64,000 bases of DNA from Candidatus Amesbacteria bacterium (GTDB lineage: Bacteria > Patescibacteriota > Microgenomatia > CAZETR01 > Amesbacteraceae): positions 270,663 through 334,662 of the forward strand of contig CAVTQH010000002.1 of NCBI GenBank assembly GCA_963736875.1. The letters run 5' to 3'. Shown here piece after piece: positions 10,019-18,567 of the stretch (positions are counted from its first letter, which is position 1; every line of letters starts with the position of its first letter). Below the pieces are notes generated by a model, which saw only the letters and a list, made by a program, of their open reading frames with translations, made no database searches and was not told where the DNA came from. The translations under genes and the position numbers were made by a program.

Positions 10019-11137
10019 ATGGTTACAATGGGCTTGGTGGCAAAAAGAAGTGGAAGAGTAATATCTCACGTTAACTTTCTCGTTTTTTCTTTAGTTGTGT
10101 TAGTTGGTGGGCTCGTAGCCAGCACAATCTTGGTAAGTAAAAATCAACAGCTAAATAGTCAGGCACAGGATGTTACAAGGCTTACCAACGCTGTTTGGTG
10201 GCAGTATTTACCAGTCAAATATAATTCAGCGTGTTCTTACCCAGACAAACCTGCCCCCGATAATTATCAGGCTGTTCATCCCTCCGTACTTTACTTTCCC
10301 GGAGGGTGGAAGGGATATAAATTTTGGATGTCTGTATCTCCTTTTCCTAATCTTGACCCAAAGTGTGAACACCCTCATGTATTTGCCTCCAATACAGGAA
10401 GATACAAAGATTGGATTCAGCCGACAGGTAATCCTGTAGTTCCTAGTGTAGATCCCTACGCTTACGAATACAGCGATGCAGATCTGGTGATGGTCGGGGA
10501 TAAAATGTATATGTTCTATCGTAAAAACACCAAAAACGGACCGGGATATGAAGACGATGACACCGAGTTGTATAAAATATCCCTTTGTTCAACATGTAAT
10601 AGTTGGAGCCCCCCCGAGGCTGTTAAACTTACTAATGTACCTGGGGATCCAATTACTACTGATGCTTATAAAGTTAAACCTAGCGGAATATTTGCCTCTC
10701 CTTCCATTTTGTATGAGAATAATGTCTGGAGAATGTATTATGTCGATACGAAAGCCAAGATAGTAAGATATGCGTCTAGTAGCGATGGGAAAGAGTTCAC
10801 GTGGCAGAGGAACATTTCCGTGAATTATTACCCGCAAGATCCTTGGCACGTCGAAGTCTTCAAGTATAAAACCAGGTACTTTATGCTACTAAACCAGAAC
10901 ATAGAAACAACCAACTCGAATTTGTATCTGCTTACAAACGATAATACGGCAAGTTGGACCAATAAGGGGCCGATATTGTCGCCATCGGCGAATGCATGGG
11001 ATAAATCGGATATTTATCGAGCGTCAGCAGTTGTAGTAGATAATCAATTAATGTTGTGGTATTCGGGTTTTATAGGAAATAATGTGCACACTGGCCTCAT
11101 CAACGACTCCACATGGAATAATTGGTGGTACCGCTAA
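10019..11137 (+). CDS. Secreted beta-propeller glycoside-hydrolase-like protein (GH43/GH32/GH130 superfamily-like)
   Basis: N-terminal TM anchor. Repeated blade-like segments such as 'WRMYYVD' and 'DKSDIYRASAVVVDNQLMLWYSG'. Flanked by repeat copies a and b and opposite in strand to the array. Confidence 0.45.
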   Translation: MVTMGLVAKRSGRVISHVNFLVFSLVVLVGGLVASTILVSKNQQLNSQAQDVTRLTNAVWWQYLPVKYNSACSYPDKPAPDNYQAVHPSVLYFPGGWKGYKFWMSVSPFPNLDPKCEHPHVFASNTGRYKDWIQPTGNPVVPSVDPYAYEYSDADLVMVGDKMYMFYRKNTKNGPGYEDDDTELYKISLCSTCNSWSPPEAVKLTNVPGDPITTDAYKVKPSGIFASPSILYENNVWRMYYVDTKAKIVRYASSSDGKEFTWQRNISVNYYPQDPWHVEVFKYKTRYFMLLNQNIETTNSNLYLLTNDNTASWTNKGPILSPSANAWDKSDIYRASAVVVDNQLMLWYSGFIGNNVHTGLINDSTWNNWWYR

Positions 11138-11186
11138 GAATGTAAATTACAGGTCCGCGAAAAACTGAAGGGGTTGCGAATAAAAT

Positions 11187-11220
11187 TTGCTGAGCATACC
11201 GCTCTAGAACCATTCTATCC
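11187..11220. repeat. Intergenic repeat copy b
   Basis: 'ttgctgagcataccgctctagaaccattctatcc', 105 nt 3' of the methyltransferase stop. Confidence 0.65.
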
Positions 11221-11329
11221 TTTAGTCCGCAGGACGTGAATCTAACGATTGTCTCACAACAAGGCCAAACCTACCTACCGGCAGGCAGGTGAGACAAATG
11301 AGATGATACTAGAAGTAAACAGTGTAGAT

Positions 11330-12097
11330 CTACAATTTTCGACATTTAAAAATGAACCTATCTGAAAAATTAATAAAAAAGGGAAGTTTGCTTAAACAGA
11401 ATGAATTCTTATCTCCGTTCCTATTTATTCTAACTCCGTTACCCATGACTTTAATATCACTGTAGCCGGCGTATTTTAGAGTTGTCAGAAGCGAATGAAT
11501 AGAAAAAAAAGAAATATGCCCCGATGCGACATCCGTTAACGGGCGCGTGGTTTGATAAGACTCTCCCATGCCTGTTAAAAGCCCGATAACGTCATGAATT
11601 TGAGCAATATTTGGAACTGACCCCAGAAAATATCCACCATGCTTGATTAAAGGATTTATGACCTTTTTAATAAATACCCCAGGGGTTCTGATATGTTCCA
11701 GAATTTCAGCTGCAACAACAAAATCGGCTTTTGGAAGTTTATCAATTTTATCCAGGTCTTTTTCAACGTCCACTGAGATGACTCTATCAAAACACTGCCT
11801 GTCTAATCCAACCTGCAACACCTCCAAAGAAACATCGATTCCAATTTTATATAAATTCGCCAAAGATTTAACTTGATTTTCCAATTCACCCTCTCCGCAA
11901 CCTAAATTAATCATTATCATTTTTTTGTTTATGCTTTTATCAACAATTTCTCGAATAATTTCAGAAATAAGCGTAAGCCTCTTTTTATGAAGTTTGTTAT
12001 CGAGATAACTATATACTTTATTGTTTTGTTTTTTGAATAATATTGCCTCGAAATGTTTTTCAGGCTGTCCATAAACTTCGGGTTTTATGATTGACAT
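11330..12097 (-). CDS. Class I SAM-dependent methyltransferase
   Basis: Motif I 'MINLGCGEGELE'. Post-I acidic residue. 'AAEILEHI' motif. Confidence 0.75.
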   Translation of the reverse strand: MSIIKPEVYGQPEKHFEAILFKKQNNKVYSYLDNKLHKKRLTLISEIIREIVDKSINKKMIMINLGCGEGELENQVKSLANLYKIGIDVSLEVLQVGLDRQCFDRVISVDVEKDLDKIDKLPKADFVVAAEILEHIRTPGVFIKKVINPLIKHGGYFLGSVPNIAQIHDVIGLLTGMGESYQTTRPLTDVASGHISFFSIHSLLTTLKYAGYSDIKVMGNGVRINRNGDKNSFCLSKLPFFINFSDRFIFKCRKL

Positions 12098-12281
12098 AAA
12101 ATTATTGTTCAGTAGCTCAACTAACCAGTCGTAACCATACCAAAAGGTAGAGATAAATTTGATATCTATTATATATATCTTTCCTATTTTTTCTGGGGGA
12201 CTAGTTGTCTTTCGCTAAGTTTAGGATCACCACGGAACACGACCACATAATGGCATGCAATTCCGAAAGCTTGGCGAAGGA

Positions 12282-12315
12282 TTGCTGAGCAGTACGATCT
12301 GGAACCATTTTATCC
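12282..12315. repeat. Intergenic repeat copy c
   Basis: 'ttgctgagcagtacgatctggaaccattttatcc', directly abutting the ASCH-gene stop codon (TAA on minus). Confidence 0.65.
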
Positions 12316-12657
12316 TTATATTCTTTTCTCAACTTCTATTGCTACTACACCATACTGTTTTTCTTGTTCAGGAGTATAGAATTGTCTATACACTCTAATT
12401 CCTTGATAAATTGAATCTACGTCCGGTAATAACTCTTTAATAGATTCACTGGTTAGCATGTCTTTAATCGATTTATATATTGTTACCCTTTTTACTACGG
12501 TCTCTACACTATCTGTTTCTTTGTTATCATAAACGGTAATTTGATCTCCAGGCTTGATATTGCGATACTTACCTTTTCTTATCCTTGCCTCGACAGTTTT
12601 CTGCCCATTCTTAAGTAAGGTGAAATACGGTTCTGCTCTATGATTGTGGTAATTCAT
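12316..12657 (-). CDS. ASCH (PUA-like) domain protein
   Basis: 'PYFTLLKNGQKTVEARIRKGKY' matches the ASCH N-terminal motif. 113 aa. Confidence 0.6.
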   Translation of the reverse strand: MNYHNHRAEPYFTLLKNGQKTVEARIRKGKYRNIKPGDQITVYDNKETDSVETVVKRVTIYKSIKDMLTSESIKELLPDVDSIYQGIRVYRQFYTPEQEKQYGVVAIEVEKRI

Positions 12658-12662
12658 AAAAG

Positions 12663-12696
12663 TTGCTGAGCGGGCCGGTCTGGGACCCTCCTATCC
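12663..12696. repeat. Intergenic repeat copy d
   Basis: 'ttgctgagcgggccggtctgggaccctcctatcc' occupies the entire 39-nt spacer between the GNAT stop and the ASCH start. Confidence 0.65.
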
Positions 12697-13134
12697 TTAT
12701 AGTTTCTTAATAAAATATGATTTTTCTCCCTCAGTTTTATATTCAGTGAAACCGTTATCTAAAACAAATTTATACATACCTGGGAATTTTACTTTGTAAG
12801 TATTTAGAGTCAGTTGATCAAACATTTTCTCCTTTGCAAATTTTTCTATTTCCTCATACATCATTTTCCAAATTCCAAACTTCCGATATTCTTTTAATAC
12901 CCCAACATTCCAAATATGAAATTTCCCTTCTTTTGGATAACAGATAGAAAATCCCACCATCTTTTTGTCATCCCAGGCATTAACTAACAAACCGCCGCTA
13001 TTTATCTTATTCAACCAATCATTTTTGTCGTGATATTTTTGGAGCTCTTCTGGAGACGGCTCAAATACTTGATTTGACACTTCTAAAGCTTTTTCTAACT
13101 CTTTTAGTTGGTTTATGTGTAATGTGATATTCAT
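12697..13134 (-). CDS. GNAT family N-acetyltransferase (longer ORF to 13161 overlaps the repeat; start at MNITLH preferred)
   Basis: Motif A 'VGVLKEYRKFGIWKMMYEEIEKFAKE'. Confidence 0.7.
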   Translation of the reverse strand: MNITLHINQLKELEKALEVSNQVFEPSPEELQKYHDKNDWLNKINSGGLLVNAWDDKKMVGFSICYPKEGKFHIWNVGVLKEYRKFGIWKMMYEEIEKFAKEKMFDQLTLNTYKVKFPGMYKFVLDNGFTEYKTEGEKSYFIKKL

Positions 13135-13168
13135 CTGCTGAACATGTCGGTCTTGAACCATTCGATCC
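13135..13168. repeat. Intergenic repeat copy e
   Basis: 'ctgctgaacatgtcggtcttgaaccattcgatcc', between the LOG-like stop and the GNAT start. Confidence 0.65.
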
Positions 13169-13176
13169 CATAACCT

Positions 13177-13710
13177 CTACAAATATTTCTCAAGTTCTCT
13201 AATAGAATTAAAAAACTCTATTTTGGATTTTTCCTTGTGTCCTTCTTTTAGAAATTCCTTAATTGTTTTATTAGTAATCCCACCAGATGCTTCTAAAACA
13301 TAAATGTCTTTAGCGATGCCAGCCATAATCGTTATTTCGTACATAGTACCAACTCGTCCACCAATAACAATTGCCATATCGACATCAAAACATAGTTTCA
13401 GAGATCGGAGGTATAGATCAATTTTAGAAAAATTGTTACAGACGTATTTTTCTTGGAAAATTACCTCTGAGTATTTAGATAAATCTGTTTGGTAAAATTT
13501 CTTGTGATCTTCAAGATTTTTACCCGCACAGTAGGCTATAGCTTTGCCGCCTGAAGAAATGGCTGAGACGGCAACTAAGTCCGGGTAACCAGAAACACCC
13601 CCAGTAACGATGATGTGTCCTTTTAAAGCAAGTAATCTACCTAATTCTTGAGATTTTTTAAAAAAATCTCCATTGTCAGGATTACTTGATCCGATGATGG
13701 CTATTTTCAT
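13177..13710 (-). CDS. LOG/TIGR00725-family Rossmann protein (SLOG-like; lysine-decarboxylase-like)
   Basis: 'IAIIGSS' N-terminus and 'IGGRVGTMYEI', corresponding to LOG 'GGxGTxxE'. Confidence 0.6.
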   Translation of the reverse strand: MKIAIIGSSNPDNGDFFKKSQELGRLLALKGHIIVTGGVSGYPDLVAVSAISSGGKAIAYCAGKNLEDHKKFYQTDLSKYSEVIFQEKYVCNNFSKIDLYLRSLKLCFDVDMAIVIGGRVGTMYEITIMAGIAKDIYVLEASGGITNKTIKEFLKEGHKEKSKIEFFNSIRELEKYL

Positions 13711-13730
13711 AAATTTAATTATAGTTTAAT

Positions 13731-13764
13731 TTGCTGAGCACCACAGCCTCGAACCGTTCTAGCC
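13731..13764. repeat. Intergenic repeat copy f
   Basis: 'ttgctgagcaccacagcctcgaaccgttctagcc', 20 nt upstream of the LOG-like start and 50 nt past the MazG-like stop. A degenerate seventh copy may lie at ~14228-14260. Confidence 0.6.
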
Positions 13765-13814
13765 CATAACTAATTTAATATACGGATCAAGGATTTTTCC
13801 ACTTTGACTATTTA

Positions 13815-14168
13815 TTAAACTCCCTTAGTGCGAAGGTATTCGCTGGCGTCTCTTAAGGCTTTGAAGTGGGCGTCTTCCAAATCAATCTCGTACAAATCTG
13901 CAATTCGCATGACCATAAATAAAATATCAGCTAATTCATCCCCAATTTTTTCTTTGTTTGCCTGATATTTAGGATTGTCTTTGTCTCGACATGCAGGGTA
14001 ATAACCCTCTTGCACCATCACCAATGAAGAAAGATCACCAATCTGCTTACTTAGTTCAATCATCGACCCATCCACACCCCATTGCTTACCTTCTATTTTT
14101 TCGAACCTTTTAATTATCGCTCTTGCCTTATTAACCGCTTCCTCAAATGTAGTTTTATTCATATTCAT
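13815..14168 (-). CDS. MazG-like nucleotide pyrophosphohydrolase (all-alpha NTP-PPase)
   Basis: 'EKIGDELADILFMVMRIADLYEIDLE' is the typical EExxE/D metal-binding helix pair of the MazG/HisE family. Confidence 0.7.
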   Translation of the reverse strand: MNMNKTTFEEAVNKARAIIKRFEKIEGKQWGVDGSMIELSKQIGDLSSLVMVQEGYYPACRDKDNPKYQANKEKIGDELADILFMVMRIADLYEIDLEDAHFKALRDASEYLRTKGV

Positions 14169-14305
14169 AGCTTAACATAATCTTGAATTGTATGGCTGGC
14201 GCTTTATCGAAAAATCCGAACGTCAATCTGCTAGCTCACCCGCCGCGCCTCCGTTATTTTTTTGCGCGCGCAAAGTGACGGGACAGCACAAAAAAGCCAA
14301 TGCCA

Positions 14306-14335
14306 TTGTACCAAACTTGATTGTAAATCTATAAT
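14306..14335 (+). promoter_or_regulatory. Sigma70-like promoter for the Tmk-like gene (TTGTAC-18-TATAAT)
   Basis: -35 TTGTAC at 14306-11. -10 TATAAT at 14330-35, 32 nt before the ATG at 14368. Confidence 0.4.
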
Positions 14336-14367
14336 AGTATAGAGCAATACAAAGGCAAAAATGATTT

Positions 14368-15042
14368 ATGTCTAACGTTAATTATGGAAATAGGGGGTTG
14401 CTTATCGCAGTAGAGGGTGTTGATGGTGCCGGTAAATCAACTTTGATCAAAGCTTTAAGCAGTCACTTACAGAGTAAGGGGATATCAAACGCAGTATTTA
14501 AGAATCATGTTGGGTTAGAATCACCATTTTGGGCATCATATAAAAAAAGCAGGGAACAACTTAAAAATAATGGGGTTAAAATTTCAAGCGATGCAGCAAG
14601 AACTATACAAACTGCTGAATTTTTGTCATTTGCCAGAAACGTTTTACCGGGATTGTTGAGCACTCATAGAGTTGTTCTTGCAGATAGATACATGGTAGCT
14701 AAAAGAGTTGATTCCCGGGTAAGCCTAGAAGGTAATGTCGGTTCTGCAGAAATATTACTTAATGTAGCCGACGATATTTATTTACCGGATCAGATTTTTT
14801 ACCTTAGAGTTCCGGCAAAAACAGCCTGGAAAAGAATATCGAATAAAGAAATAAAAGACTGGAAAGAGAATTATGAAATTATTTCAAAAGCAGTGGTTTA
14901 TTATGACCAAATTGTTTCAACAATTCCTGACGTGGAAATTATAAACGCAGATAAAGATGAAAAAAACGTTTTTAATGTAGCTATTACTGTTTTTTGGGAC
15001 AAGTTTTCTCGCCAGTTAGAGATTATGAAAAAGACTCTCTAG
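14368..15042 (+). CDS. Thymidylate-kinase-like (dNMP kinase family) P-loop protein, divergent
   Basis: P-loop 'IAVEGVDGAGKSTL' and 'VLADRYMVA' (Tmk DRY motif). The lid region is atypical. Confidence 0.55.
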   Translation: MSNVNYGNRGLLIAVEGVDGAGKSTLIKALSSHLQSKGISNAVFKNHVGLESPFWASYKKSREQLKNNGVKISSDAARTIQTAEFLSFARNVLPGLLSTHRVVLADRYMVAKRVDSRVSLEGNVGSAEILLNVADDIYLPDQIFYLRVPAKTAWKRISNKEIKDWKENYEIISKAVVYYDQIVSTIPDVEIINADKDEKNVFNVAITVFWDKFSRQLEIMKKTL

Positions 15043-15687
15043 GGTCAGGTTGTCTTTAATACTGATTCGAGACAGCCTCTTACTTTTCGCATAATAACTC
15101 AAAAACAAATCCGAATTTGGGGTGTCTCTTAACTGAAGTGCGGTCAATAGCCGCATCTTTTCCCTAGGCAGAATCGTTTTAAAATTCTCGAGAAAATAGC
15201 TTTTTAGGTATAGTAACGATTGGACTCCGTTAGCATAGTCTTGCTTAAATAATCGAACACTGTAAGTTGCGAGTATATTCTCTAAGCTGAAATATCGTTT
15301 ATAGACTTCTCTTATATCATATTCGAATTGTTGATATATGACATGATCATTTCTGACAAGAAAAGGAAAAATGTCTACGAAATATTCTCCACCCGGTCCT
15401 AAAAAGTTATTCGGATTGGAATCCAATCCGTATTTATCAAACGTTAATGATTTAATTCGGTTTACAATGTGTCCTGAAAATAAGATTGGTTTTTCAGCAA
15501 TTCGTTCCTGATTTATGACAATGTATCCGTCTTGGAAAGTTAGGTCTGTTTGAGGTGTTCGAAAACCTGCAGTTTCTAACCATTTAAAATAATATGGTAA
15601 ATGTACAGATATATATTTAAATAAATATTTTGTGGCCTCAACCTTTTTTACAAATCTATTTTTATTGACTGAAACATCACACCTCAT
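15016..15687 (-). CDS. Hypothetical protein, last gene of the 4-gene overlapping operon
   Basis: 223 aa. Start overlaps the nucleotidyltransferase stop by 4 nt. No motif recognised. Confidence 0.4.
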   Translation of the reverse strand: MRCDVSVNKNRFVKKVEATKYLFKYISVHLPYYFKWLETAGFRTPQTDLTFQDGYIVINQERIAEKPILFSGHIVNRIKSLTFDKYGLDSNPNNFLGPGGEYFVDIFPFLVRNDHVIYQQFEYDIREVYKRYFSLENILATYSVRLFKQDYANGVQSLLYLKSYFLENFKTILPREKMRLLTALQLRDTPNSDLFLSYYAKSKRLSRISIKDNLTLESLFHNL

Positions 15688-16706
15688 AGTAAATCAATAG
15701 GAATTAAGTAATGATCGTTGTTTTGCATAAATAGAAAATCACCATGATTGACTGTTACCTTAGTGCCTCTGAATAAGTATGTATTTCCAAACACGTGGTT
15801 ATCATCACCCATCCCTTGATGCGCCCATGAGAAGCTAATAGCATTCAGGTGCTTATCACCCATAACAAGATCCCATGTTTTTGGGAAATTATAACAATCA
15901 GCTGCCGATAGTACCTGGCATTCACTCACAACTTCTTCAATTTTCCAATCCTGATGCATACCACTAAGGAAGTCTCTTATAGGGGTATCGTTATGGTCGA
16001 TGTTTAAACATTGTAAGCTTGTAGATACACCTTCCGGACTGATCCACCTCATTCTTTTGTTAGCAAGGTACCGGCCGGCTAGAACGGGGATGTTGAACTT
16101 TCTGGAATAATGAACAGCGTATTCAGCGTCTTTACCCGTCTCTTTTGTAGTCACGTACCCGCTACTAATAAAGGTTTCATTTACAAGATCCAAAAAGTCC
16201 GTCTTTTGTGTTGGTTTAACCCAAGCGATCAAATCCAAATCCGAGTCGACCGAATTCAATCCCGCTTGGTGAGAACCATAAACTCCAAGGTTGTAGTCTC
16301 CTGCAAAATCAGCCTTCAATAATTTTTCTTTAATACCGTTGGCTAATCGTTTAGAGGCGGAAGAAATAGCGGTATTGGATTCATAGTAAGTTGAATACCA
16401 TACATATTCCTGATTGTCTTGTAGAAACAAGAGAGGCTTATTGTAAACATCAATAAGTAATTCGCCGATTTCAACAAAACTATTTCGTGACACGTCCTCG
16501 TGAATCAGTCTGTTTCGTCGGTATATTTTACGGTCAATACCCGATACACGATTTCCGTTCTCATCAAGGGAATAACTCCGGTTTACGGGTAGAATTGATC
16601 CTTGTTGTGTATGCAATCTGTAGGCACCTTTAAGATGGTAAATGTTTCCGTTAGGGGATTTTATGGCAGAAAACTCTGGAAAAGGTGAAATCTCATACTC
16701 CGTCAT
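15684..16706 (-). CDS. Pol-beta superfamily nucleotidyltransferase (ANT/KNTase/MenT/CD-NTase-like) with large C-terminal domain
   Basis: 'GVYGSHQAGLNSVDSDLDLIAW' fits the GS-x9-11-DxD minimal nucleotidyltransferase motif. 340 aa. Overlaps both neighbours. Confidence 0.6.
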   Translation of the reverse strand: MTEYEISPFPEFSAIKSPNGNIYHLKGAYRLHTQQGSILPVNRSYSLDENGNRVSGIDRKIYRRNRLIHEDVSRNSFVEIGELLIDVYNKPLLFLQDNQEYVWYSTYYESNTAISSASKRLANGIKEKLLKADFAGDYNLGVYGSHQAGLNSVDSDLDLIAWVKPTQKTDFLDLVNETFISSGYVTTKETGKDAEYAVHYSRKFNIPVLAGRYLANKRMRWISPEGVSTSLQCLNIDHNDTPIRDFLSGMHQDWKIEEVVSECQVLSAADCYNFPKTWDLVMGDKHLNAISFSWAHQGMGDDNHVFGNTYLFRGTKVTVNHGDFLFMQNNDHYLIPIDLL

Positions 16707-17665
16707 ATTACGATTCTTCTCCCCAAATAATGGGGCAGAATCAATTGATATTCTTCGTCTTTAAAAAACAATTTGAAAAGATAGTTACTATCTTCTCCAT
16801 CAACATTTATAGGAGAAATATGTTGCAAAATTACTTGTTTGACTTGAGATTTTTTGAAAATATCTAATATATCCCATCCACTGAGATGATATTTTGAGTG
16901 CTTGTTGTATTCCAGTGCATTAATGTTCACGACGGCTAAATCTGCATTCTTAAAGAAATCTGCAATGTATTGGTGTTTTTCTTCTATTGATATTAAGTTA
17001 CCAATTGTCTCGTTAGAGTTGAAAACTCCTGTGTCGGTTTTGATTTTAATTGCGTATCCCGAATCGGATACATAACCTATAATCTTTTTGTTTACTTCTA
17101 ATTTAAAGCCAAATGTATCAGGACAACTGTGAAATAGTGATAAGAAACTAATCTTGTACTCACTTAGGATTTTATCGTTATAAACCATCTGTGAATCGGA
17201 AAGTAAATTCAATGTAACATGCTTGGCATTAGAAAGAGCTGTTTTATAGTAATCCGGAACTTTAGTATCGAAAGCGTCCTTGGAACTAAATACTGTAATT
17301 TCTTTCGATTTATTTTTTAGAATTTTTTCTAAAAAGATTTGTAGAGAAGCAGTATGGTCAATGTGATTATGAGTTATTATCAGCACCCGGATATCGTTAA
17401 CGGATAAACCTGTTGATGTAAACCTGGAATAGAAATCAACCCCGGGATCGACTACTATAAGTTTTCCTTTTAAATTTATGATGTAACCATTGAAATACCA
17501 TTGATCAATTTGCAGTTCAAGCGAAGTTTCAAATAATAATTTAGGTATTATTATTTCGTGTCCGGATATTTTCTCCGTTATCTTCCCAGACTTAAAAGAT
17601 TCCTTTAAAATCTGCTCTTTCTTATACAAACCCCTTGAAATTATGATTAAATTATTCTTGTCCAT
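16703..17665 (-). CDS. Metallo-beta-lactamase-fold hydrolase
   Basis: 'LIITHNHIDH' (HxHxDH), upstream 'VVDPG' Asp and downstream His/Asp motifs. 320 aa. Confidence 0.65.
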   Translation of the reverse strand: MDKNNLIIISRGLYKKEQILKESFKSGKITEKISGHEIIIPKLLFETSLELQIDQWYFNGYIINLKGKLIVVDPGVDFYSRFTSTGLSVNDIRVLIITHNHIDHTASLQIFLEKILKNKSKEITVFSSKDAFDTKVPDYYKTALSNAKHVTLNLLSDSQMVYNDKILSEYKISFLSLFHSCPDTFGFKLEVNKKIIGYVSDSGYAIKIKTDTGVFNSNETIGNLISIEEKHQYIADFFKNADLAVVNINALEYNKHSKYHLSGWDILDIFKKSQVKQVILQHISPINVDGEDSNYLFKLFFKDEEYQLILPHYLGRRIVI

Positions 17666-18254
17666 TATTCTCCAACTTCTTAGTTAAAAGGTAATCCAAG
17701 TGTAACACAACATTCCTATAAGTATTACTTATTTTAGCCTCATTATTTATTAGTATATATTTTTTATTAGCCTCGTATGTAATGTGTTTCAATTTATTAA
17801 TTGTTAGGACCCGATTAAAGTGGGTTTTTGATTTATTCCCTCTTTTTATAGCCAGAGATGGTTTGATTTCAAGAATTACTCCCCCAAGCACCTTAGGATT
17901 GTTAAACAATCTGTGGGTATTCACCTGGACACCGTCGATTATGATATTAACCCCGGAATTGGTATATGAATTTATAATAATTTCTATTAACCCCATAAAT
18001 ATATCAGACGATTTCTTTCCTTCAAAATTTTCTAATTCTGTTGAGTTAATATCCGGTCGAAAAAAACGCACCATTTTACTTGCCACTCCCAAGTTAATTG
18101 ACTGATAGAAGTTATAATCACGAATTAATTTTCTCGTGATGGTCGTTTTTCCTGAGGAATTATTTCCTGTTACAACGAAGATAGCCGGTTTACCTAGTCT
18201 ATTAAGTTGTTTAATCTTTCCGTTGATATTTATCACCAATGACCATTTTATCAC
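17652..18254 (-). CDS. P-loop kinase, chloramphenicol-phosphotransferase/zeta-toxin/AAA_33-like (GTG start)
   Basis: Walker A 'VVTGNNSSGKTTITRKL'. 'NIIIDGV' Walker-B-like strand. About 200 aa. First gene of the overlapping operon. Confidence 0.55.
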   Translation of the reverse strand: MIKWSLVININGKIKQLNRLGKPAIFVVTGNNSSGKTTITRKLIRDYNFYQSINLGVASKMVRFFRPDINSTELENFEGKKSSDIFMGLIEIIINSYTNSGVNIIIDGVQVNTHRLFNNPKVLGGVILEIKPSLAIKRGNKSKTHFNRVLTINKLKHITYEANKKYILINNEAKISNTYRNVVLHLDYLLTKKLENNGQE

Positions 18255-18496
18255 AAGACCTATAGTTCGTCTAGAGTTTCTATATCCTCACCCACCCGGA
18301 ATTAAATTTGTGGCGACGACCCCATCCTCGTTCGCAGGGTTCCCTAGGGGGACCCTCGCCAAAGTCCGGGACGATCTAGGTTCTTTTTACAATCCCTTCC
18401 GGAGTAATGGGTAGTTTAGTTAGTCAGCTCCCTGCGGCGGGGTGTCCGCTTTCCACCCCCGCCTTCTTTATTCTTGCCCCATCCAGTACCCTACGG
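18255..18496 (-). ncRNA. GC-rich structured non-coding region between tRNA-Gln and the kinase operon (candidate leader/riboswitch/sRNA; identity unknown)
   Basis: About 60 % GC, flanked by ~33 % GC genes. Strong hairpins 'GGCGGGGGTGgaaagcggaCACCCCGCC' and 'AGGGTCCCCCTAGGGAACCCT'. No ORF. Confidence 0.2.
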
Positions 18497-18567
18497 CTGG
18501 GGGACAGGGATTCGAACCCCGATAGTCAGGTCCAGAACCTGAAGTCCTACCGTTAGACGATCCCCCA
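18497..18567 (-). tRNA. tRNA-Gln (anticodon CUG)
   Basis: Minus-strand cloverleaf: acceptor UGGGGGA/UCCCCCA (U1:A72 as in tRNA-Gln), anticodon loop UUCUGGA, T-arm CGGGGUUCGAAUCCCUG. No encoded CCA. Confidence 0.8.

Noticed and set aside
9863-13764. Considered whether the ~34-nt repeats are a CRISPR array
   Set aside because: Copies are separated by 340-1300 bp of protein-coding sequence, not 25-50-bp spacers. The repeat is not palindromic and no cas genes are present.
9863-13764. Considered canonical integron attC sites (R'' RYYYAAC ... GTTRRRY R')
   Set aside because: Neither core motif is present and the elements are only ~34 nt. No intI-like recombinase in the window. Kept as 'cassette-like' only.
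18255-18496. Considered RNase P RNA, SRP RNA
   Set aside because: Did not find P4 (AGGAAAGUCCGGGCU / ACAGAACCCGGCUUA) or SRP domain IV (GGAAGCAGCC) motifs.
18255-18567. Considered tmRNA (tRNA-like end plus a short ORF 'ANEDGVVATNLIPGG*')
   Set aside because: The tRNA-like part is a complete tRNA-Gln with its own anticodon arm. The peptide does not end in the usual ALAA-type tag. No 5' GGGG...acceptor pairing partner found.
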